64,000 bases of DNA from an uncultured Methanosarcinaceae archaeon. Its GTDB lineage: Archaea > Halobacteriota > Methanosarcinia > Methanosarcinales > Methanosarcinaceae. Shown piece by piece: positions 61,304-64,000 of the stretch. The translations under genes and the position numbers were made by a program. The DNA lies in the NCBI GenBank assembly GCA_963847185.1, contig CAWJYV010000001.1, positions 192,001 through 256,000 on the forward strand, given 5' to 3'. Below the pieces are notes generated by a model. The model had not been told where the DNA came from, made no database searches, and worked only from the letters and a program-made list of their open reading frames with translations. The number at the start of each line of letters is the position of its first letter. The first letter of the stretch is position 1.

Positions 61304-62751
61304 AAATGGGATCAGAAATAATTAACGGTGAAAAAGTTATCGGAAGGCCGAAAGCCCTCTACGCGGAATATCCACGTAAAGGAGGGGCAGCCCCGACAGC
61401 CACTCACTACTGCCCTGGCTGCGGGCATGGGGTTCTGCACAAACTTATTGCCGAGGCAATTGATGATCTGGGAATTCAGAACAGGACAGTTACAATCAGC
61501 CCTGTGGGCTGTGCAGTTTTTGCTTACTATTATTTTGACACAGGTAATATCCAGGTAGCTCATGGGCGTGCTCCTGCTGTAGGGACAGGGGTTTCAAGAG
61601 CAGAAGAAAATGCTGTGGTTATTTCTTATCAGGGGGATGGAGATCTTGCCTCTATCGGCCTGAATGAGACTCTTCAGGCGGCAAACAGAGGGGAAAAGCT
61701 TGCAGTCTTTTTCGTAAACAACACGGTTTACGGAATGACAGGCGGACAGATGGCTCCCACAACCCTTGTTGGAGAAAAGACTACCACATGCCCTGAGGGC
61801 CGAGATCCCCGTTTTGCAGGCTATCCTATTCATATGTGCGAGCTTCTGGACAATCTGAAAGCTCCTGTCTTTATCGAGAGAGTCTCGGTCTCTGACATTT
61901 CTCACATTAGAAAAGCCAGAAAAGCTGTGCGAAAAGCTCTTGAAATCCAGCGTGACGGTAAAGGATATACTTTTGTCGAAGTCCTTGCAGCCTGCCCGAC
62001 TAACCTCAAAATGGATGCACAGCAAGCTATCGATTTCATTAATGAGGAAATGGAAAAGGAATTCCCTCTTAAGAACTTCAGAGATAAATCCGAAGAAGCC
62101 GAGTTTCTGTGCCGTGGCGTAAGTGACTTCACAACTGAAACTCTGAATAAACTTTACGGTCTTGAGACAGATATCGAAGAGAAACCTGTAAGAACCGATT
62201 TTGCCCCTATCCAGACCAAGATTGCAGGATTTGGTGGGCAGGGAGTTCTTAGCATGGGTATAATCCTGGCCCAGGCCGGAGTAAAGGCAAACCTGAATGC
62301 TTCCTGGTTCCCGTCTTACGGTCCTGAACAGCGTGGAGGTACCTCTAACTGTTCGGTTGTGATTTCAGGCCAGTCCATAGGTTCTCCTACGGTTTATACC
62401 CCTGATATCCTTATAGCCATGAACCGTCCATCTCTTGAAAGGTTTGAAGGAGCAGTTAGAGAAGGAGGCTTTATCCTCTACGACTCATCCATTGGTGAAG
62501 CCGAAACACCTGCAGGTGTCAAGGCCATTCCAGTCCCTGCCACTGAAAAAGCTAAGGAAGCAGGAGATGAAAGGGCTGCCAATTCCTTCATGCTCGGAGT
62601 CCTTATGGGTATCAATGCAACGGGCCTGGAGGAAGAAGCCTTTAAGGGAGCTCTTGCTGAAAACTTTGCTGGCAAACCCAAGGTTATCGAGTTTAATCAG
62701 ATGGTGCTTGAAGAGGGCGCAAAGTGGGCAAGAAAATACGTTAAGTTCTAA
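61300..62751 (+). CDS. vorA: 2-oxoisovalerate:ferredoxin oxidoreductase fused beta/gamma subunit
   Basis: YCPGCGH, TPP motif GDGD...NN..YGMTGGQ; gamma domain [15 protein letters not shown]. Confidence 0.88.
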   Translation: MKMGSEIINGEKVIGRPKALYAEYPRKGGAAPTATHYCPGCGHGVLHKLIAEAIDDLGIQNRTVTISPVGCAVFAYYYFDTGNIQVAHGRAPAVGTGVSRAEENAVVISYQGDGDLASIGLNETLQAANRGEKLAVFFVNNTVYGMTGGQMAPTTLVGEKTTTCPEGRDPRFAGYPIHMCELLDNLKAPVFIERVSVSDISHIRKARKAVRKALEIQRDGKGYTFVEVLAACPTNLKMDAQQAIDFINEEMEKEFPLKNFRDKSEEAEFLCRGVSDFTTETLNKLYGLETDIEEKPVRTDFAPIQTKIAGFGGQGVLSMGIILAQAGVKANLNASWFPSYGPEQRGGTSNCSVVISGQSIGSPTVYTPDILIAMNRPSLERFEGAVREGGFILYDSSIGEAETPAGVKAIPVPATEKAKEAGDERAANSFMLGVLMGINATGLEEEAFKGALAENFAGKPKVIEFNQMVLEEGAKWARKYVKF

Positions 62752-63806
62752 GAAACGTTCTGAGTTACAAGAAAAGCTAAGTGTTTGCAAAGGCAGCAAA
62801 TTTTCCAAACAGGTGGAGGTATATTTTTCTCCGCCTTCGTTCTTTTTCAGAGTTTTTGCACTACCCACTCATATAATTTAACTTTCTATCCTTCCAGCTA
62901 AAATATAGTATCTAATCTTTTTATTGAAGAATAGATTCAGCTTTTTAGAAGGCATCCGTATATTTTTTCGATTTTTTCGGATTGTTTTAGTGATCAAATC
63001 AAAAGCTTTGCATTTAAATTTTTTCTTGCACCAAGGTTTGAAACTTGTACTTAAAGTCGGGACAATATGGCACTCTAAATTCAAATTCGATGTAAAAAAG
63101 TGTCGTTTGTATAATTCACCTATAAAATTTACCCATTTTCAAAAAAGGTATTTCTGTGTTAATCGGTTGATATTATTCTGAATCCACAACGGGAATCTTT
63201 TTTTCTACTCTACTCTTTGCAGGGTTGAACTTTTCTCGTCTGCAACGTAAAAAAGTAGCAGCTGAATTCATACTGTTATCAGAATAAACTGAATTCAAAA
63301 CTCTCTTCCCTGTCCGAAGAATACTTTTCTTAATCTCTGGAACTTCATAAAATTCATAGATAAATATAAGCGCCCCCGCCAGCTTGTCTGGCGGCCCTGA
63401 AAAAAGCAGAAAAAGGAAAAAAAGCAGAAAGTTATTAGTTTTCCCTGTCAATTTTATATGTTAGTTCTTTGAAGGGGGTACAGGTCGTTTTTTACTTGCG
63501 GGGTTATTTATATTCTTTTTTTCTTTCTGGGGATGCCCGCTCTCCTGCGTCGAGCGTGACAAGAACGACGCAGTAGGGAGAATAGGGATGTAAGGGTAAA
63601 AATTCAAGAATGTGAGTAAGAATTGTTTTTTCCAAAAATATAAACCATGTAAAGGTGGACGACCTAATAGAAAAGCTTTTTAATATACACTGAAGTGCAT
63701 TTTGAAATCTTATGTAAGTCGAAAAGAAATGAATTTTTACTTAACTATATGTGGAATCCGTAAGGTCATTCCCAAAAACGTATTCACCGAAAACGTACTC
63801 ATTTTG

Positions 63807-64000
63807 TCAGTTAACTGCTTCGGTTACAACTGCTTCGGTTATCGTGTTATCCAGTTCTTGGATTTCCTTTTCTAAGTTATCCAGCTTCACCTTCAGTTCA
63901 TTTACCCTATTTCTCATTTCCGCTTTTTTTAATCTGGATTTATCGCTGTTTTCCCTGAATATTATTCCCAATTCCGATCGAGTCTCCCAATCCATTGAAC
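63807..64000 (-). CDS. 3' end of a hypothetical protein with coiled-coil tail (partial)
   Basis: Frame stays open to the window edge; heptad-like VNELKVKLDNLEKEIQELDNTI. Confidence 0.55.
   Translation of the reverse strand, partial: SMDWETRSELGIIFRENSDKSRLKKAEMRNRVNELKVKLDNLEKEIQELDNTITEAVVTEAVN

Noticed and set aside
731-62751. Pyrrolysine (TAG) or selenocysteine (TGA) read-through
   Set aside because: The interruptions I examined are frameshifts, TAA, or TGA within multiply damaged genes; I saw no in-frame TAG joining two halves of a recognisable protein
57127-62751. Acyl-CoA synthetase + vor cluster as a novel pathway
   Set aside because: It fits known methanogen branched-chain acid activation and reductive carboxylation; ordinary core content

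Overview
This is a 64-kb window of an AT-rich archaeal chromosome. Gene content and IS/MITE families point to Methanosarcina (inference). Bases ~1-52,000 are accessory DNA: a frameshifted multi-PAS/GAF histidine kinase, secreted low-complexity proteins (one with about 38 ten-residue Asn/Gly repeats), two IS1-family elements, a decayed IS630, many MITEs, a double-cubane-type reductase plus activator, an M13 peptidase, an orphan flippase, a signal-peptide-bearing truncated globin, catalase KatE and a Cas8b/Cas11-like relic. Bases ~52,500-64,000 look like core genes (nicotianamine synthase, NosD/PKD surface protein, acyl-CoA synthetase, vorCBA). The best candidate for an undescribed system is a putative sulfur-scavenging module at ~21.7-40.7 kb. 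It holds a non-canonical CooS-type CODH (one C-cluster Cys replaced by Asp) followed by an SsuABC-like transporter, a radical SAM enzyme, an ATPase/HypB-like GTPase/Fe-S/DUF39 operon, a relic of a nitrogenase component-1-like gene, a second SsuABC-like transporter and a degenerate tRNA-Cys. The palindrome GTTCACAATTGTGAAC recurs at three of its promoters. All family calls come from motif recognition by eye; no searches were run.
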